Source: an uncultured Desulfobacteraceae bacterium (lineage in GTDB: Bacteria; Desulfobacterota; DSM-4660; Desulfatiglandales; B25-G16). From it: a DNA stretch of 64,000 bases. Shown here piece by piece: positions 24,175-35,766 of the stretch. Numbering within the stretch: position 1 is the first letter of the stretch; every line of letters starts with the position of its first letter. The stretch lies in NCBI GenBank assembly GCA_964655655.1, contig CAZZPR010000001.1:2633-66632 (forward strand), read 5' to 3'. A model generated the notes under the pieces. The model ran no database searches. It saw only the letters and a list, made by a program, of their open reading frames with translations, and was not told where the DNA came from. The translations under genes and the position numbers were made by a program.

Positions 24175-25140
24175 TTACTTATAATAATCCAAGTACCAGT
24201 TTAGAAAATTTTTCACACCCTCTTTTATAGTGGTCTTTGGGGTATATCCCAACATATCCTTTGTCTTTTTTATATCTGCGCAGGTTTCAGGGACATCACC
24301 GGGTTGCATTGGAAAAAATTTCTTCTTTGCCTCTATGCCCAGCTCATGCTCTATTAAATTTATAAGATCCATAAGCTCAATACAAATAGAGCTTCCGAGA
24401 TTAAATATCTCGTATTCAAAGGGGATGTAAAGGGCGGACACGGTTCCCTCGATGATATCGTCTATGTAGGTAAAATCCCTTTTCATTTTTCCATAATTAA
24501 AGATATTGATAGGCTTTCCTTTGAGTATAAAATCGGTGAAGATAAATAGCGCCATGTCCGGCCTTCCCCATGGACCGTAGGCGGTAAAGTAACGAAGACC
24601 CACCAAGGGTATCTTGAATAGATGACTGTAAGTATAGGCCAGCAATTCATCGGCCCTCTTGGTGGCTGCGTATAAGGAAATAGGGGTGTCTACCTGATCG
24701 TCTACGCTGAAGGGGAGCTTTTTATTGTTGCCGTATACGGAAGAGGAGGATGCAAACACAAAATTTTTTACCGGATACTTTTTCGCCATCTCCAGCAGGT
24801 TGAGAAATCCTCCTATATTGCTTTCCTGGTATGCAAAAGGATTCTGGAGTGAATATCTTACCCCCGCCTGTGCAGCGAGGTTGCAAATTTTTTCTATCCG
24901 ATGATTGCCGAACACTGTTTCAAGTTCATTCAGATTGTTGATGTCCTGATGGTAAAAGACGAAATTCGGATGGGAGTTAATCTTTTCAAGCCTGGCCTTT
25001 TTTAGCGAGACGTCATAATAGGGGTTAAGGTTGTCTATCCCTATTACCACATCACCTTTTTCGAGCAAGGCTCTTGCGGTGTGAAACCCGATAAAACCAG
25101 CTACTCCTGTAACAAGGATGGAATTCTTAGCTTTTTTCAT
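24175..25140 (-). CDS. NAD-dependent sugar-nucleotide epimerase/dehydratase (UDP-glucuronate 4-epimerase-like)
   Basis: The Rossmann motif is ILVTGVAGFIGFH and the catalytic YxxxK is SLYAATKRADE. Confidence 0.8.
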   Translation of the reverse strand: MKKAKNSILVTGVAGFIGFHTARALLEKGDVVIGIDNLNPYYDVSLKKARLEKINSHPNFVFYHQDINNLNELETVFGNHRIEKICNLAAQAGVRYSLQNPFAYQESNIGGFLNLLEMAKKYPVKNFVFASSSSVYGNNKKLPFSVDDQVDTPISLYAATKRADELLAYTYSHLFKIPLVGLRYFTAYGPWGRPDMALFIFTDFILKGKPINIFNYGKMKRDFTYIDDIIEGTVSALYIPFEYEIFNLGSSICIELMDLINLIEHELGIEAKKKFFPMQPGDVPETCADIKKTKDMLGYTPKTTIKEGVKNFLNWYLDYYK

Positions 25141-25158
25141 AGGAGATTTGAATGCATG

Positions 25159-26352
25159 TCAACTTCTGTAACCTGCATTAATCTTTACGTAGTCATAGGT
25201 AAGATCACAGGTCTTTAAACTGTATTCGAAGTCACCCTGATTCAATTGAATGGTGATGGTTATTTTATCCTTTTTCATTTTATCAAAGGCCTCTTCTTCA
25301 CTTTTCTTTCCCGTTCCCAGGCCCCGGTCTGCTATCAACACATTATCAATCCAGATCTGTACCAGGTTTTGCTCCATGCGGATTTCAGACCTTCCAAGGG
25401 CGGCCATGATTCTGCCCCAGTTTGGATCGCAACCGAAAAGGGCGGTTTTTACAAGAGGTGAGTTGGCCACCGCCCTTGCAGCCCTGGTGGCCTCCTCTTT
25501 TGCATAGGCCCCTTTTATTTGTATTAGCACAGTTTTGGTTGCACCCTCACCGTCTTTTATTATCATATCGGCCAGATCTTCCATAACCGCTTTTAAACCC
25601 TTCTGGAAATCTACAAGGCAAGAATCGCTCAAAGAAACGTTGCCCGCCTTTCCGTTAGCCAAGATCAGCACCATGTCATTGGTACTGGTCTCACCGTCCA
25701 CGGTGATTCGGTTAAAGGTGGAGTCCACTGAAGGCCGAAAAACATTTATTAATTCCCGGTGGCTGATATTTATATCCGTTAGGATAAAAGAGAGCATGGT
25801 GGCCATGTTGGGCATAATCATGCCTGCTCCCTTGGCAAGACCCAATATTCGATAGGGATGTTGACCCGCCTTCCCTTCGAAATAGCTCATCTTTGGAAAT
25901 GAATCCGTGGTCATTATGGCCCTGGCCACGGATGAGAACCCATGAGGGGAGAGGTCTTTTATCAATCCGGGTATGGCCTTTTCCATAAGGTTAAGGGGCA
26001 GGGGAACACCGATTACCCCTGTGGATGCAACCATTATTTCCTCCGGGTTGATATTCAGGCCCTCGGATACAATATCAGCTGTTTTTACGGCGTTGATGAG
26101 GCCTCTTTCTCCGGTACATGCATTTGCGTTACCCGCGTTGGCAATAATCGCCCGTATGGAGCCTTTTTTTATCCTCTCTTTGCCCAATAAAACGGGGGCG
26201 GCTTTAACCATGTTTGTGGTAAATACGCCATCTGCTACCGATTTGGTTTGAGAGAATATAAGAGAGAGATCCGGTTGACCGTTATCCTTTAGGCCGGATG
26301 AGGTTGTAGATGCCAGAAATCCCGGAACTGAATAGTGATTTACCTTGTTCAT
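25159..26352 (-). CDS. argJ: Bifunctional ornithine acetyltransferase / N-acetylglutamate synthase ArgJ
   Basis: 397 aa. The autoprocessing-site motif is [13 protein letters not shown] and the C-terminus is [16 protein letters not shown]. Confidence 0.93.
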   Translation of the reverse strand: MNKVNHYSVPGFLASTTSSGLKDNGQPDLSLIFSQTKSVADGVFTTNMVKAAPVLLGKERIKKGSIRAIIANAGNANACTGERGLINAVKTADIVSEGLNINPEEIMVASTGVIGVPLPLNLMEKAIPGLIKDLSPHGFSSVARAIMTTDSFPKMSYFEGKAGQHPYRILGLAKGAGMIMPNMATMLSFILTDINISHRELINVFRPSVDSTFNRITVDGETSTNDMVLILANGKAGNVSLSDSCLVDFQKGLKAVMEDLADMIIKDGEGATKTVLIQIKGAYAKEEATRAARAVANSPLVKTALFGCDPNWGRIMAALGRSEIRMEQNLVQIWIDNVLIADRGLGTGKKSEEEAFDKMKKDKITITIQLNQGDFEYSLKTCDLTYDYVKINAGYRS

Positions 26353-29186
26353 CTACCGCAACAGTGTTTGTATTTTTTTCCGCTTCCGCACGGACACGGA
26401 GCATTTCTGCCTACTTTGGGCGTTTCCCTTTTTACCGGAGCACTGGCTCCGTCGTCGCCTCCGTGACTGAGCACCATTTCTTTTTCAGGAACCACAGTAG
26501 AAGGCATTTCCCGGGTGGGTACCCTGATCCTGAAAAGGGTCTTAAGGGTATTCTCCTTGATCTTTGCCACCATGGAGATAAACATGCCGTAGCCCTCTTT
26601 CTGGTATTCCTTAAGGGGATCCATATGGCCGTAGCCCCTAAGCCCTATACCTTCTTTAAGCTGATCCATGGCCAGAAGATGATCCACCCACAGTTCGTCG
26701 ATCGCCTGCAACATGGACATTTTTTGAAGAAATAAAAAGGAATCAGGGTCTATCTCGGTTTCCCGTTTTTGGAAGATCTCCATAGCCCTTTGTTTTAGCA
26801 TGTCAATCAGCTCTTCCTGGTTCATCTCCTTTATCTCGGACTGGGAGAAGCGCGGCAGAAATCCGAATATGTTGTATATATAATCATAAACAGGCCTGAG
26901 GTTCCAGTCTTCCGGAAAGGATTTAGGGTCGGTATTTTCAAGGACCACATTTTCTATCAGCTCATTGATTATATCCATAATGGTATCTTTGAGGTTGTTT
27001 CCATTTAAGGCTTCCGCCCTCTGAGAGTATATTATCTTTCTTTGCTGGTTCATGACATCGTCAAAATCCAGAAGGTTTTTCCGGATATTGAAGTTCATTC
27101 CCTCGACCCTTTTCTGGGCGCCTTCAATCGCCCTTGAGATCATCTGATGTTCTATTGGCTGGTCTTCCTCCATGCCCAGCCTGTCCATTACAGAGGCAAT
27201 TCTTTCCGACCCGAAGACCCTCATGAGATCGTCCTCAAGGGAAAGATAAAACCTGGAAGAGCCCGGATCTCCCTGGCGGCCTGAACGGCCCCTTAGTTGG
27301 TTGTCGATTCTTCTGCTTTCATGTCTCTCGGTACCCAGGATGTGGAGACCTCCCAGATCAGGAACGCCCTTTCCCAGGACTATATCGGTTCCGCGGCCAG
27401 CCATGTTGGTGGATATGGTAACCGTGCCATTTTGTCCGGCCATTGCAATAATCTCTGCCTCTCTCTCGTGGTTCTTTGCATTTAATACCTGATGCCTGAT
27501 CCCTTCATTTTTCAGCATCTTGCTCAATTTTTCCGATTTTTCTATGGATATTGTGCCCACAAGCACGGGCTGCCCCTTTTCATGGAGTTCCCGGATTTCA
27601 TTGGCTACGGCCCTGAATTTTTCCTTTTCGGTCTTGTAGATAACATCCGGAAAGTCCTTTCTTATCATTTTTTTGTGAGTTGGGATAACAAGAACATCAA
27701 GGTTATAAATTTTCTTGAATTCCGGGGCCTCCGTATCCGCGGTTCCGGTCATCCCTGAGAGCTTGTCATACATCCTGAAATAGTTCTGGAAGGTTATTGT
27801 GGCCAGGGTTTGATTCTCGTTTGCCACATTAAGCCCTTCCTTGGCTTCAATGGCCTGGTGGAGCCCGTCACTCCATCTTCTGCCCGGCATAAGCCTTCCT
27901 GTGAATTCGTCTACTATAACTACCTTTCCGTCCTTGACTACATAATCCACATCCTTGTTGAATAGCCAGTATGCCTTTATTAGTTGTTGGGCTGCGTGCA
28001 TCCTTTCGGATGTTTCAGAATATTGTGCCTCTAATTTGCGCCTCCTTTTTTTCTTTTCCTTGAAATTAATATCAGGGTCGCTATCGATTTCTTGTAGGCC
28101 CTGGGCCAAATCCGGCAGGACAAAGGCGTCTCCCTCGTTTCCGGAAAGCAATCTTAGACCCTTGTCCGTCCAATTTGCGCTGTGATCCTGTTCTTCAATA
28201 ATACAGTACAGCTCTTCATCCAGTGAGTGCAATGCCTTCTGGGTGGAAAGAAAGGATTCCATCCTGTCTATACTTTTCTTTAAACCGGGGTTGCTCGCTA
28301 TTATGTTCAGGAAACTGGGATTCTTCGGGCTGCCTCTTTTTACCTTAAGGAGCAATTCTATGGTTTTATCATCCTCTATGCCTTCTTCTAGCCTTGTTTC
28401 TGCCTCGTTGAGTGTTTTTCTGATTATCTTGTCCTGGTGTTCTTTGAGTTTGAGTATGGATGGTTTAAGGTTTGCGTAATGCATATCCTCACTGCGCTCA
28501 ACCGGACCAGATATTATAAGGGGCGTTCTGGATTCGTCTATGAGTATGCTGTCAACTTCGTCTATAATAGCGAAATTAAGTTCTCTCTGAACATATTCCT
28601 CTATTGAGAATTTCATGTTGTCCCTTAGGTAATCAAAACCGAATTCGTTGTTGGTACCGTATGTTATATCCGAATTATAGGCCTCTTTTCTTTGCCTGTC
28701 GTCCATATCATGGAATATTACACCCACGGACATCCCCAAAAATCTGTATATGCCTCCCATCCACTCCGCGTCTCTCTTTGCAAGATAATCATTCACTGTG
28801 ACCAGGTGGCAGCCTTTTCCGGAAAGGGCATTCAGGTATAGCGGAAGGGTAGCGGCAAGGGTCTTGCCCTCACCTGTTTTCATCTCCGTTATTTTGCCTT
28901 GGTGCAGCACAATTCCGCCCATGATTTGCACATCAAAGTGCCTCATACCCAGTACTCTGACCGATGCTTCTCTGACGGTTGCATAAGCCTCGGGAAGGAT
29001 GCTGTCAAGGGATTCGCCTTTATCTATTCTCTCCCTGAATTCCCCTGTTTTACCACTGAGTTGGCCGTCTGTCATAAGCTTAAACTTTGCCTCAAGCTTG
29101 TTGACTTTTTCCACCAAAGGAGTAAGCTTTTTTAATTCTCTCTCGTTTTTGCTGCCTATAATCCCTTTAAATGCCTTTCCTATCAT
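26349..29186 (-). CDS. secA: Preprotein translocase ATPase SecA
   Basis: 945 aa. Motifs are the Walker [10 protein letters not shown], the DEAD-like [12 protein letters not shown], and the C-terminal zinc finger [14 protein letters not shown]. Confidence 0.97.
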   Translation of the reverse strand: MIGKAFKGIIGSKNERELKKLTPLVEKVNKLEAKFKLMTDGQLSGKTGEFRERIDKGESLDSILPEAYATVREASVRVLGMRHFDVQIMGGIVLHQGKITEMKTGEGKTLAATLPLYLNALSGKGCHLVTVNDYLAKRDAEWMGGIYRFLGMSVGVIFHDMDDRQRKEAYNSDITYGTNNEFGFDYLRDNMKFSIEEYVQRELNFAIIDEVDSILIDESRTPLIISGPVERSEDMHYANLKPSILKLKEHQDKIIRKTLNEAETRLEEGIEDDKTIELLLKVKRGSPKNPSFLNIIASNPGLKKSIDRMESFLSTQKALHSLDEELYCIIEEQDHSANWTDKGLRLLSGNEGDAFVLPDLAQGLQEIDSDPDINFKEKKKRRRKLEAQYSETSERMHAAQQLIKAYWLFNKDVDYVVKDGKVVIVDEFTGRLMPGRRWSDGLHQAIEAKEGLNVANENQTLATITFQNYFRMYDKLSGMTGTADTEAPEFKKIYNLDVLVIPTHKKMIRKDFPDVIYKTEKEKFRAVANEIRELHEKGQPVLVGTISIEKSEKLSKMLKNEGIRHQVLNAKNHEREAEIIAMAGQNGTVTISTNMAGRGTDIVLGKGVPDLGGLHILGTERHESRRIDNQLRGRSGRQGDPGSSRFYLSLEDDLMRVFGSERIASVMDRLGMEEDQPIEHQMISRAIEGAQKRVEGMNFNIRKNLLDFDDVMNQQRKIIYSQRAEALNGNNLKDTIMDIINELIENVVLENTDPKSFPEDWNLRPVYDYIYNIFGFLPRFSQSEIKEMNQEELIDMLKQRAMEIFQKRETEIDPDSFLFLQKMSMLQAIDELWVDHLLAMDQLKEGIGLRGYGHMDPLKEYQKEGYGMFISMVAKIKENTLKTLFRIRVPTREMPSTVVPEKEMVLSHGGDDGASAPVKRETPKVGRNAPCPCGSGKKYKHCCGR

Positions 29187-29335
29187 TTATACTTCCCTTA
29201 CCAATAATCTCCCATTGGGGCCTGAAGAGATTTTATTTTAACCCTTTATCGGTTTTTTAAGGGCTTCCCGAAACAATAAAAACTTTCCTTAAATGTAATT
29301 AAACATTTAACAAATAGAATTCAAGCTACTTTTAA

Positions 29336-29357
29336 CCCAGATTGTGCAGTAGACATC
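29336..29357. repeat. Solo terminal fragment (22 nt) of the MITE-like repeat
   Basis: cccagattgtgcagtagacatc matches the first 22 nt of the copy at 40627 with one mismatch. The similarity then ends. Confidence 0.6.
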
Positions 29358-29493
29358 CTTTTATCTAACATGACCAAGTAAGTAACTTTGGTAAGAAAAC
29401 CTTGCCCGGCAGCAAAATCCTCTTGTTAAATTTTTCATCCGTGTTCCGAGGGCTGGCAGGAAACAACAAAAAGTATTTCAGGGGATTTTATAA

Positions 29494-30402
29494 TCAGTTT
29501 AGAATATAGCGGAGGGGGTTAACAGGCACACCGTTTAAATGCACTTCATAGTGAAGATGGGAGCCTGTACAGCGGCCGGTTTTGCCCACTTGGGCTATAA
29601 TTTGCCCTCTTTTTACGCGGTCACCCTTTTTTACTAAGATTTTATGCAGGTGCCCGTATCTGGTTTTCATGTTGAAGCCGTGATTCATGGAGATCATCTT
29701 GCCGTAATTGCCTTCTGCACCCGCGAAAACAACCAATCCATCGGCCGGAGCAATAACCTCCGTGCCTACCCTGGTTGCTATGTCCAGGCCCTTATGAAAT
29801 TCCCTTTTATTTGTAAAAGGGGATACCCTGTAGCCGAAACCTGAGGAAAACCATCCCTCGGTAGGTTTTATAGAAGGAGTATGAGCAAGCATAGATTTTT
29901 GCTCTTTTAAAAAGCTGCTTAGTTCTATTTGAGATATTGAGGCTACGGATATGTTTGTATCAAGCTCATCCAGGGATTTGTGCATGTCATGCATTAAAGA
30001 CTTTTGCACATCGTCCAAATCTAAGTTTGTATTAAGGGACGTGAAATCGGACCCTCCTATTCCCAGAATTTGCTCTTCTCCTTCTGGGCTTCCCAGGTCG
30101 GTCATAACTCTTAATTTGTGGCTGAACTCTTGAAGCTCGCACATTTTTTGATTTATTTGGTTGATCTTGCTGGTGAGGGATATCAATTGGGTCTTTTGAA
30201 ACTTGTTCTCTTTTTGCAGATGCCTGAGTTCAGGCACTTGTGTCTTGATCTTCCTGTAGTCATTGATAAGCCATCCCAATCCCAAGATTATCAGGATAAG
30301 GAACATGGAAAGAACAGATAATAATCTCCGGGGAACAACAACCCTTCTTATTTTATTTGTTTTTTGAGGAAATATAAGGATGGTTAATTTTTTAGCAGCC
30401 AT
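29494..30402 (-). CDS. M23-family (LytM-type) metallopeptidase with an N-terminal membrane anchor and coiled coil
   Basis: Motifs are HKGLDIA, GTEVIAPADGLV and GSHLHYEVHLNGVPVNP. Confidence 0.9.
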   Translation of the reverse strand: MAAKKLTILIFPQKTNKIRRVVVPRRLLSVLSMFLILIILGLGWLINDYRKIKTQVPELRHLQKENKFQKTQLISLTSKINQINQKMCELQEFSHKLRVMTDLGSPEGEEQILGIGGSDFTSLNTNLDLDDVQKSLMHDMHKSLDELDTNISVASISQIELSSFLKEQKSMLAHTPSIKPTEGWFSSGFGYRVSPFTNKREFHKGLDIATRVGTEVIAPADGLVVFAGAEGNYGKMISMNHGFNMKTRYGHLHKILVKKGDRVKRGQIIAQVGKTGRCTGSHLHYEVHLNGVPVNPLRYILN

Positions 30403-30424
30403 AACTAAAACTGTTTAGATTTAT

Positions 30425-30500
30425 TGGAGGCGGCAACCGGATTCGAACCGGTGTAAAACGGTTTTGCAGACCGCTGCCTTAGCCACTTGGCTATGCCGCC
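30425..30500 (-). tRNA. tRNA-Cys (GCA), CCA encoded
   Basis: The reverse complement is GGCGGCATAGCCAAGTGGCTAAGGCAGCGGTCTGCAAAACCGTTTTACACCGGTTCGAATCCGGTTGCCGCCTCCA. The anticodon loop is CTGCAAA and the discriminator is U73. Confidence 0.93.
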
Positions 30501-30506
30501 TTATGA

Positions 30507-30582
30507 TGGAGCGGGAAACCGGACTTGAACCGGCGGCCGTCACGTTGGCAACGTGATGCTCTACCAACTGAGCTATTCCCGC
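30507..30582 (-). tRNA. tRNA-Gly (GCC), CCA encoded
   Basis: The reverse complement is GCGGGAATAGCTCAGTTGGTAGAGCATCACGTTGCCAACGTGACGGCCGCCGGTTCAAGTCCGGTTTCCCGCTCCA. The anticodon loop is TTGCCAA. Confidence 0.93.
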
Positions 30583-30635
30583 TTGGCCTGTCATTCTAAC
30601 AATTTATTACCCTATGTCAATTAAAAAATAATTGA

Positions 30636-31193
30636 TCAAAGTATTGTTTTTTTGACCATCTTAAAGTACAAAAACCCAGACCACAATGCCAGTATCAAGG
30701 CGGCCCACAGAAAAAACATCCCCACTGCATGAAAATTGACCCGAAAATAGCTATAATGGAGGGAAAGTCCGATCAGGGCAACGGATTGAAATATTGTTTT
30801 AAATTTGCCCAGGATACTTACCTCAATGAATTTCCCTTCTATCCCGGCAGCACCCCTTAATACTGTCACCGCCATTTCCCTTGCTATTATTAGAATGGCA
30901 ATCCAAGCAGGCGCCCTGTTTATGGCAACCAGGATAATAAGCGTAGAAGATATTAAAAGTTTGTCAGCCAAGGGATCGAGAAATTTTCCAAAAGAGGTAA
31001 CAACCTTGAATCTGCGGGCGTAGTATCCGTCAAGCAGGTCTGTAAGTGCAGCTATTGAAAAAAATAGTGCCCCTAAAAAACTTCCCCATCTCCCGGTGAA
31101 ATGAAGGCAGATAATAACGGCAGGAATTAACAAAAGCCTGAGGGTGCTTAATGCATTGGGCAGGTTGTTTAAAAGGCCTTTATTTTTGTTCAT
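30636..31193 (-). CDS. pgsA: CDP-diacylglycerol--glycerol-3-phosphate 3-phosphatidyltransferase
   Basis: The CDP-alcohol phosphatidyltransferase motif is DLLDGYYARRFKVVTSFGKFLDPLADK. The protein is multi-pass hydrophobic. Confidence 0.88.
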   Translation of the reverse strand: MNKNKGLLNNLPNALSTLRLLLIPAVIICLHFTGRWGSFLGALFFSIAALTDLLDGYYARRFKVVTSFGKFLDPLADKLLISSTLIILVAINRAPAWIAILIIAREMAVTVLRGAAGIEGKFIEVSILGKFKTIFQSVALIGLSLHYSYFRVNFHAVGMFFLWAALILALWSGFLYFKMVKKTIL

Positions 31194-31212
31194 GACCTGA
31201 AACCTCGACCTT

Positions 31213-31794
31213 TCATTTTTTGAACCTATGGTAATAACCCATAACCCTTTTTACGAATCTCCTTGTTTGGTTCACGGGAGGTATAGAATTGTTGTGGCTG
31301 GATACCACCTCGGGGCCTATATTATAGGCTGCTACGGCCAGTTCTTTCTTATAGTTGAACCTCTTGAGCAGCAGGCTTAAATATCTTGTGCCTCCAAATA
31401 TATTTTCTTCCGGATCAAAGGGATTTTCAACCCGCATATCATTTGCAGTGGAGGGCATAAGCTGCATCAGTCCCTGTGCACCGCTTTCAGAAACGGCACT
31501 GCTGTCAAATGATGATTCAGCCATAATTACAGCCTTAATAAGGGAGGCTTCAACACTGAATTGCGCTGCCGCCCGGTTTATTATGTCCCCGTAGTCTACT
31601 ATGTACTGTTTGCCTTTTATACCCATAGTTTTCATGTAAAGGCGGTAACGCGGATCGGTGCGTATGTTGGTGAAGTGCCACACACCATTTTTGTCTTTGT
31701 ACCTGTAAATATCCGCCAGTGTGGATTCAAGGGGTAACAGGATTGAGGATGTGGCGAGAATGAAAATGTAAAGCTGAAATTTACGGATATACAT
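31213..31794 (-). CDS. Lytic transglycosylase (SLT domain) with a signal peptide
   Basis: The catalytic region is AVIMAESSFDSSAVSESGAQGLMQLMPSTA, followed by AAYNIGP. Confidence 0.85.
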   Translation of the reverse strand: MYIRKFQLYIFILATSSILLPLESTLADIYRYKDKNGVWHFTNIRTDPRYRLYMKTMGIKGKQYIVDYGDIINRAAAQFSVEASLIKAVIMAESSFDSSAVSESGAQGLMQLMPSTANDMRVENPFDPEENIFGGTRYLSLLLKRFNYKKELAVAAYNIGPEVVSSHNNSIPPVNQTRRFVKRVMGYYHRFKK

Positions 31795-31797
31795 GCT

Positions 31798-32439
31798 TTA
31801 ACTCATCTTTTTCCAGTCAGCCAAGAACCTTTCTACTCCTATCTTGGTAAGGGGGTGCTCACTCAATTGAAAAAGCACCTTATACGGGATAGTTGAAATA
31901 TGGGCGCCGATTAAGGCTGCATCAAGAACGTGCACCGGATTGCGGATACTGGCTACTATAATCTCTGTCTCGAATCCATAATTTTCAAATATGGTTACTA
32001 TATCCTCTACAATATCCATGCCCACACTGCTTATGTCGTCAAGTCTTCCGATAAAGGGGCTGACATAAGTAGCACCTGCCTTGGCGGCTAACAACGCCTG
32101 TAAAGGGGAAAATACGAGTGTAATATTCGTATCTATTCCCTCTTTTGAGAGTATTTTGGTGGCCTTTATTCCTTCAGGAATCATAGGTATTTTTACCACT
32201 ATATTTTCTGCAATTTTTGACAGGTGCCTGGCTTCCTTAATAATGCCTTCTGCATCGAGGCTGATCACCTCTGCGCTAACCGGTCCTTCTACGATTTTAC
32301 AGATTTCCTTGACCAGGTCCTCGAAGCCCTTGTTTTCTCTGGAGATAAGAGTTGGGTTGGTGGTTACCCCGTCCAAAAGCCCGAGTTCATTTGCATGTTT
32401 AATCTCTTGGATGTTCGCCGTGTCTATGAAGAATTTCAT
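31798..32439 (-). CDS. Fructose-6-phosphate aldolase / short transaldolase (type 3B)
   Basis: 213 aa. Motifs are [28 protein letters not shown] and [11 protein letters not shown]. Confidence 0.9.
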   Translation of the reverse strand: MKFFIDTANIQEIKHANELGLLDGVTTNPTLISRENKGFEDLVKEICKIVEGPVSAEVISLDAEGIIKEARHLSKIAENIVVKIPMIPEGIKATKILSKEGIDTNITLVFSPLQALLAAKAGATYVSPFIGRLDDISSVGMDIVEDIVTIFENYGFETEIIVASIRNPVHVLDAALIGAHISTIPYKVLFQLSEHPLTKIGVERFLADWKKMS

Positions 32440-32942
32440 TTTACCTCCTTTAAGATTTGTACAGCCCCTTTGGTATGGGGTGGCAGATTATTTAAAAGAT
32501 GGCTTACGGTTCGATTCAGGAGAGGGTGCAACAGATCCGGAGCCAGCTGAGCCAGCGGTTCCAAGACGAACCTCCTTTTGTGGAGCAGGGGATGGGGAAC
32601 AGTTAGGCTGTCCGAATCTATTATCTCTCCGTCGAAGAAAAGAATGTCCAGGTCTATTATCCTGGGTCCCCAGCGTGTTTCCCTCACTCTTCTCATCTCC
32701 TGTTCAATTGCCAAAAGCCGTTTTAATAATTGTTGCGGTGAATAGGTAGTATCCCCTTTGACAACACAATTTGCATACCAATCTTGCCCTGAAACACCCT
32801 CCGGTTCTGTTTTAAATATAGATGAGCAGGCGCTTACCTGGAATCCCGGGGTCTGGTTTATCCTGTCTATTGATTGCTCGCAGTTAAAGACCTTGTTTCC
32901 AATATTTGAGCCTATGCCTAAATATGCCAAGTTGGTCTTCAA
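32436..32942 (-). CDS. folK: 2-amino-4-hydroxy-6-hydroxymethyldihydropteridine diphosphokinase (HPPK)
   Basis: Motifs are [25 protein letters not shown] and [18 protein letters not shown]. Confidence 0.9.
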   Translation of the reverse strand: MKTNLAYLGIGSNIGNKVFNCEQSIDRINQTPGFQVSACSSIFKTEPEGVSGQDWYANCVVKGDTTYSPQQLLKRLLAIEQEMRRVRETRWGPRIIDLDILFFDGEIIDSDSLTVPHPLLHKRRFVLEPLAQLAPDLLHPLLNRTVSHLLNNLPPHTKGAVQILKEVK

Positions 32943-32944
32943 CC

Positions 32945-34066
32945 CTAAAAACCGATATTCTCTATCCTGTCAATTGCCTCCAGGAGGCGTGTTTTTTCCC
33001 GTGTCAGTGCTATTCTAATGTAGCCTTCTCCGGGAGCACCAAAACCATTTCCGGGTGTTACTACTATACCTGCTTCTGTAAGGAGTTTCGAAGCAAGCCC
33101 TATCGATGTATATCCCTCAGGCACAGGTATCCAAAGGTAAAAGGTGGCCTTTGGCCTTTCTACTTCAAATCCGCATTCCCTGAGTCCCTTGACCATTATA
33201 TCCCTTCTTTCGCGATAAACTTCGACGATGGGGGGGGTGAATTCCTTTTCTCCCTTGAGGGCCTCTATGCCTGCTACCTGGATGGCCTTAAAAACACCGG
33301 AGTCGATATTGCTTTTAATTGCCCCCAATCCGTTTACGGCATCCGGGTTTCCCACTGCGTATCCTATTCTCCAGCCGGTCATGTTAAAGGTCTTGGAAAG
33401 AGAGTGGAATTCTATACATATATCCTTTGCACCCTCTATTTCCAGTATGCTCATGGGCCTGTACCCGTCAAAAGCGATTTCGCTGTAACAAAGATCATGA
33501 CATATTAGCAGCCCATATTTGTGGGCGAATTCAAGCAATCCCTGGAAATAATCCTTTTCAGCCACCGCCCCTGTAGGGTTATTAGGATAATTCAGCCATA
33601 TCATCTTGGCCTTTTTGCATATTTCTGAGGGGATGGAGGCCAGATCCGGGAGAAATCCGTTTTCCTTTAATAAGGGCATGTAATATGGATTTCCCGCGGC
33701 AAACATAACGCTTATGTCATATACGGGATAAGCGGGGCTGGGCACAAGGGCGAAGTCACCGGGGTTTATGAACGCCAGGGGTATATGTGCGATCCCTTCC
33801 TTTGCGCCTATCAGGGTAATGACCTCGGTTTCCGGATCGAGGAAAACGGAAAATCTATTCATATACCATTCGGCCACTGCCTTTTTAAATTCGCCGGATC
33901 CGGAATACGACGGATAATGATGATTGCCCGGGTCCTTAACCGCAGCAGACATTGCATCTATAATCCGTTGTGGAGTAGGGTGATCAGGATCTCCCACACC
34001 AAGATCGATTATGTCTACCCCCTTGGACCAAGCCTCGTTCTTTTTTTGATCTATTTCCTTGAACAA
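32945..34066 (-). CDS. Class I/II PLP aminotransferase, probably the diaminopimelate-pathway aminotransferase by context
   Basis: The PLP-lysine region is SLSKTFNMTGWRIGY. It sits directly upstream of dapB-dapF-lysA. The frame stays open upstream to about 34105 (LAERIKRLPPYLFKEID...) with the RBS aaggaggg, so the true start is probably a non-ATG codon upstream of 34066. Confidence 0.75.
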   Translation of the reverse strand: MFKEIDQKKNEAWSKGVDIIDLGVGDPDHPTPQRIIDAMSAAVKDPGNHHYPSYSGSGEFKKAVAEWYMNRFSVFLDPETEVITLIGAKEGIAHIPLAFINPGDFALVPSPAYPVYDISVMFAAGNPYYMPLLKENGFLPDLASIPSEICKKAKMIWLNYPNNPTGAVAEKDYFQGLLEFAHKYGLLICHDLCYSEIAFDGYRPMSILEIEGAKDICIEFHSLSKTFNMTGWRIGYAVGNPDAVNGLGAIKSNIDSGVFKAIQVAGIEALKGEKEFTPPIVEVYRERRDIMVKGLRECGFEVERPKATFYLWIPVPEGYTSIGLASKLLTEAGIVVTPGNGFGAPGEGYIRIALTREKTRLLEAIDRIENIGF

Positions 34067-34109
34067 ATAAGGCGGTAATCTCTTTATTCTTTCAGCCAGG
34101 TAAAAAATT

Positions 34110-34919
34110 TTATCCCTCCTTTAATCCCAGTACGTCCTGCATATCGTATATGCCCCGGGGTTGTTTTACCACCCAGGCGGCTGCCATAATCGCCCCCCGG
34201 GCAAAATTGTCCCTTGTATGTGCCCTGTGGGTGATTTCTATTCTCTCTCCCGTTCCTGCAAAAATAACTGTATGTTCACCCACTATATCTCCGGCCCTTA
34301 TGGAATGAATGCCGATCTCCCCGTGTTTCCTTATACCGGTAAAGCCTTTTCTACCGTAAACCGCGTCCTTTTCTATGCTTGTATTGGTTGATTCGGCGAG
34401 AACACGGGCCAGTTGAATTGCCGTGCCGCTGGGTGAATCCTTTTTAAGCCTGTGGTGGGATTCCAACACCTCCATATCATAGTCTTTTCCGAGGATTTTG
34501 GAGATGTCCCTTGCTATTTTGAATAATATATTTACCCCTAGACTCATGTTCGGGGATATAACACAGGGGATTTTTTGGGCAAGATGTTTTAACTCATTCT
34601 CCTTTTCGCCGGATATACCCGTGGTCCCGATTACCATTGCCTTGCCCATCTCCGCCATTTTCCTAATATTACCAAGGGTGCTGTCCGGCGTGCTGAAGTC
34701 AATCAAAACGTCCGCGTCGGTTATAGCCTGGTCTATGCTGCCTTTGAGCTCGATTCCTGCCTTGCCAAGGCCCAATAAATCCCCCAGGTCCCTCCCTATG
34801 TTAGGGTGATCGCTTCTTTCGAAGCCTCCGGAAAGCCGGATTTCCTCACTATCCTTGATAAGGCGTACTATCCTTGAACCCATCCTGCCGGCTGCCCCGG
34901 CGACCGCAATATTTGTCAT
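34110..34919 (-). CDS. dapB: 4-hydroxy-tetrahydrodipicolinate reductase
   Basis: Motifs are IAVAGAAGRMG, EVLESHHRLKKDSPSGTA and HSIRAGDIVGEHTVIF. Confidence 0.93.
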   Translation of the reverse strand: MTNIAVAGAAGRMGSRIVRLIKDSEEIRLSGGFERSDHPNIGRDLGDLLGLGKAGIELKGSIDQAITDADVLIDFSTPDSTLGNIRKMAEMGKAMVIGTTGISGEKENELKHLAQKIPCVISPNMSLGVNILFKIARDISKILGKDYDMEVLESHHRLKKDSPSGTAIQLARVLAESTNTSIEKDAVYGRKGFTGIRKHGEIGIHSIRAGDIVGEHTVIFAGTGERIEITHRAHTRDNFARGAIMAAAWVVKQPRGIYDMQDVLGLKEG

Positions 34920-34938
34920 TTTTACCTCTAATAACTTT

Positions 34939-35766
34939 TTATATATAGGCCTCCGGCTTAAGTCTGGCCTGATAAATTATCGATGTACCGCCCTCCAAAT
35001 AGACATCTCTGAAACCGGATCCATCCTTTTTAAACTCTATTTTCAGGATTTCTCCGCCGCTGGTATTTACCTCTACCGGAGATACGACAAGTTCTTTGTC
35101 CGCAGCCATAAGTGCAGATGCTACAGCACCTGTGCCGCAGGACAGGGTTTCTCCTTCAACCCCCCTCTCATATGTCCTTATTTTTATACTATTTTTCTCT
35201 CCCGCCTTCATGAAATCCACGTTGGTTCCCTGGGGACTGAATAATTCGTGATACCTTATTATCTTTCCCTGTTCAAAGACCGGATAGTTTTGCAAGTCTT
35301 CCACCATCACAACTATATGGGGAACCCCTGTATCTATAAAATCCTTGGCGTGGCCGTTTGACATACCCTGGATCTGGAGGCCTTTTTCAAGATAACGGAT
35401 TCCCGGAATAAGGATCTTGACCCTTCTTCCGCTTACAGAAGCATGTATTGGCCCTGCAAGAGTTTCAAACGTCATTTCCGGACCTGAAATGCCCATAAGA
35501 TAGGCAAACCTGGCCGCACAGCGGCCTCCGTTTCCGCACATCTCCGCCTCGGATCCATCGGAGTTGAGGTATTTCCAGGCAAAGTCATATTTATTTGAAT
35601 CCATTACAAGGATCAGGCCGTCCGCTCCTACTGATGTTCTCCTGGAGCAAACTTTTTTTACAAACCCGCTCAGGTCATCAAGAGCAACAACCCGGTTCCT
35701 GTTGTCAATAATAATAAAATCATTGCCACTGCCGCTGATTTTCCAGAATTCAATCTCCTGCATCAT
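34939..35766 (-). CDS. dapF: Diaminopimelate epimerase
   Basis: Motifs are ISGSGNDFIIIDN, MCGNGGRCAARF and SCGTGAVASA. The start is placed at the internal MMQEIEF, because the longer ORF (to 35814) would overlap lysA by 65 nt. Confidence 0.9.
   Translation of the reverse strand: MMQEIEFWKISGSGNDFIIIDNRNRVVALDDLSGFVKKVCSRRTSVGADGLILVMDSNKYDFAWKYLNSDGSEAEMCGNGGRCAARFAYLMGISGPEMTFETLAGPIHASVSGRRVKILIPGIRYLEKGLQIQGMSNGHAKDFIDTGVPHIVVMVEDLQNYPVFEQGKIIRYHELFSPQGTNVDFMKAGEKNSIKIRTYERGVEGETLSCGTGAVASALMAADKELVVSPVEVNTSGGEILKIEFKKDGSGFRDVYLEGGTSIIYQARLKPEAYI

Noticed and set aside
32081-33508. Plus-strand ORFs of 222 aa and 200 aa overlapping fsa/folK and the aminotransferase gene.
   Set aside because: They are shadow frames of strongly supported minus-strand genes, and no motif was recognised.
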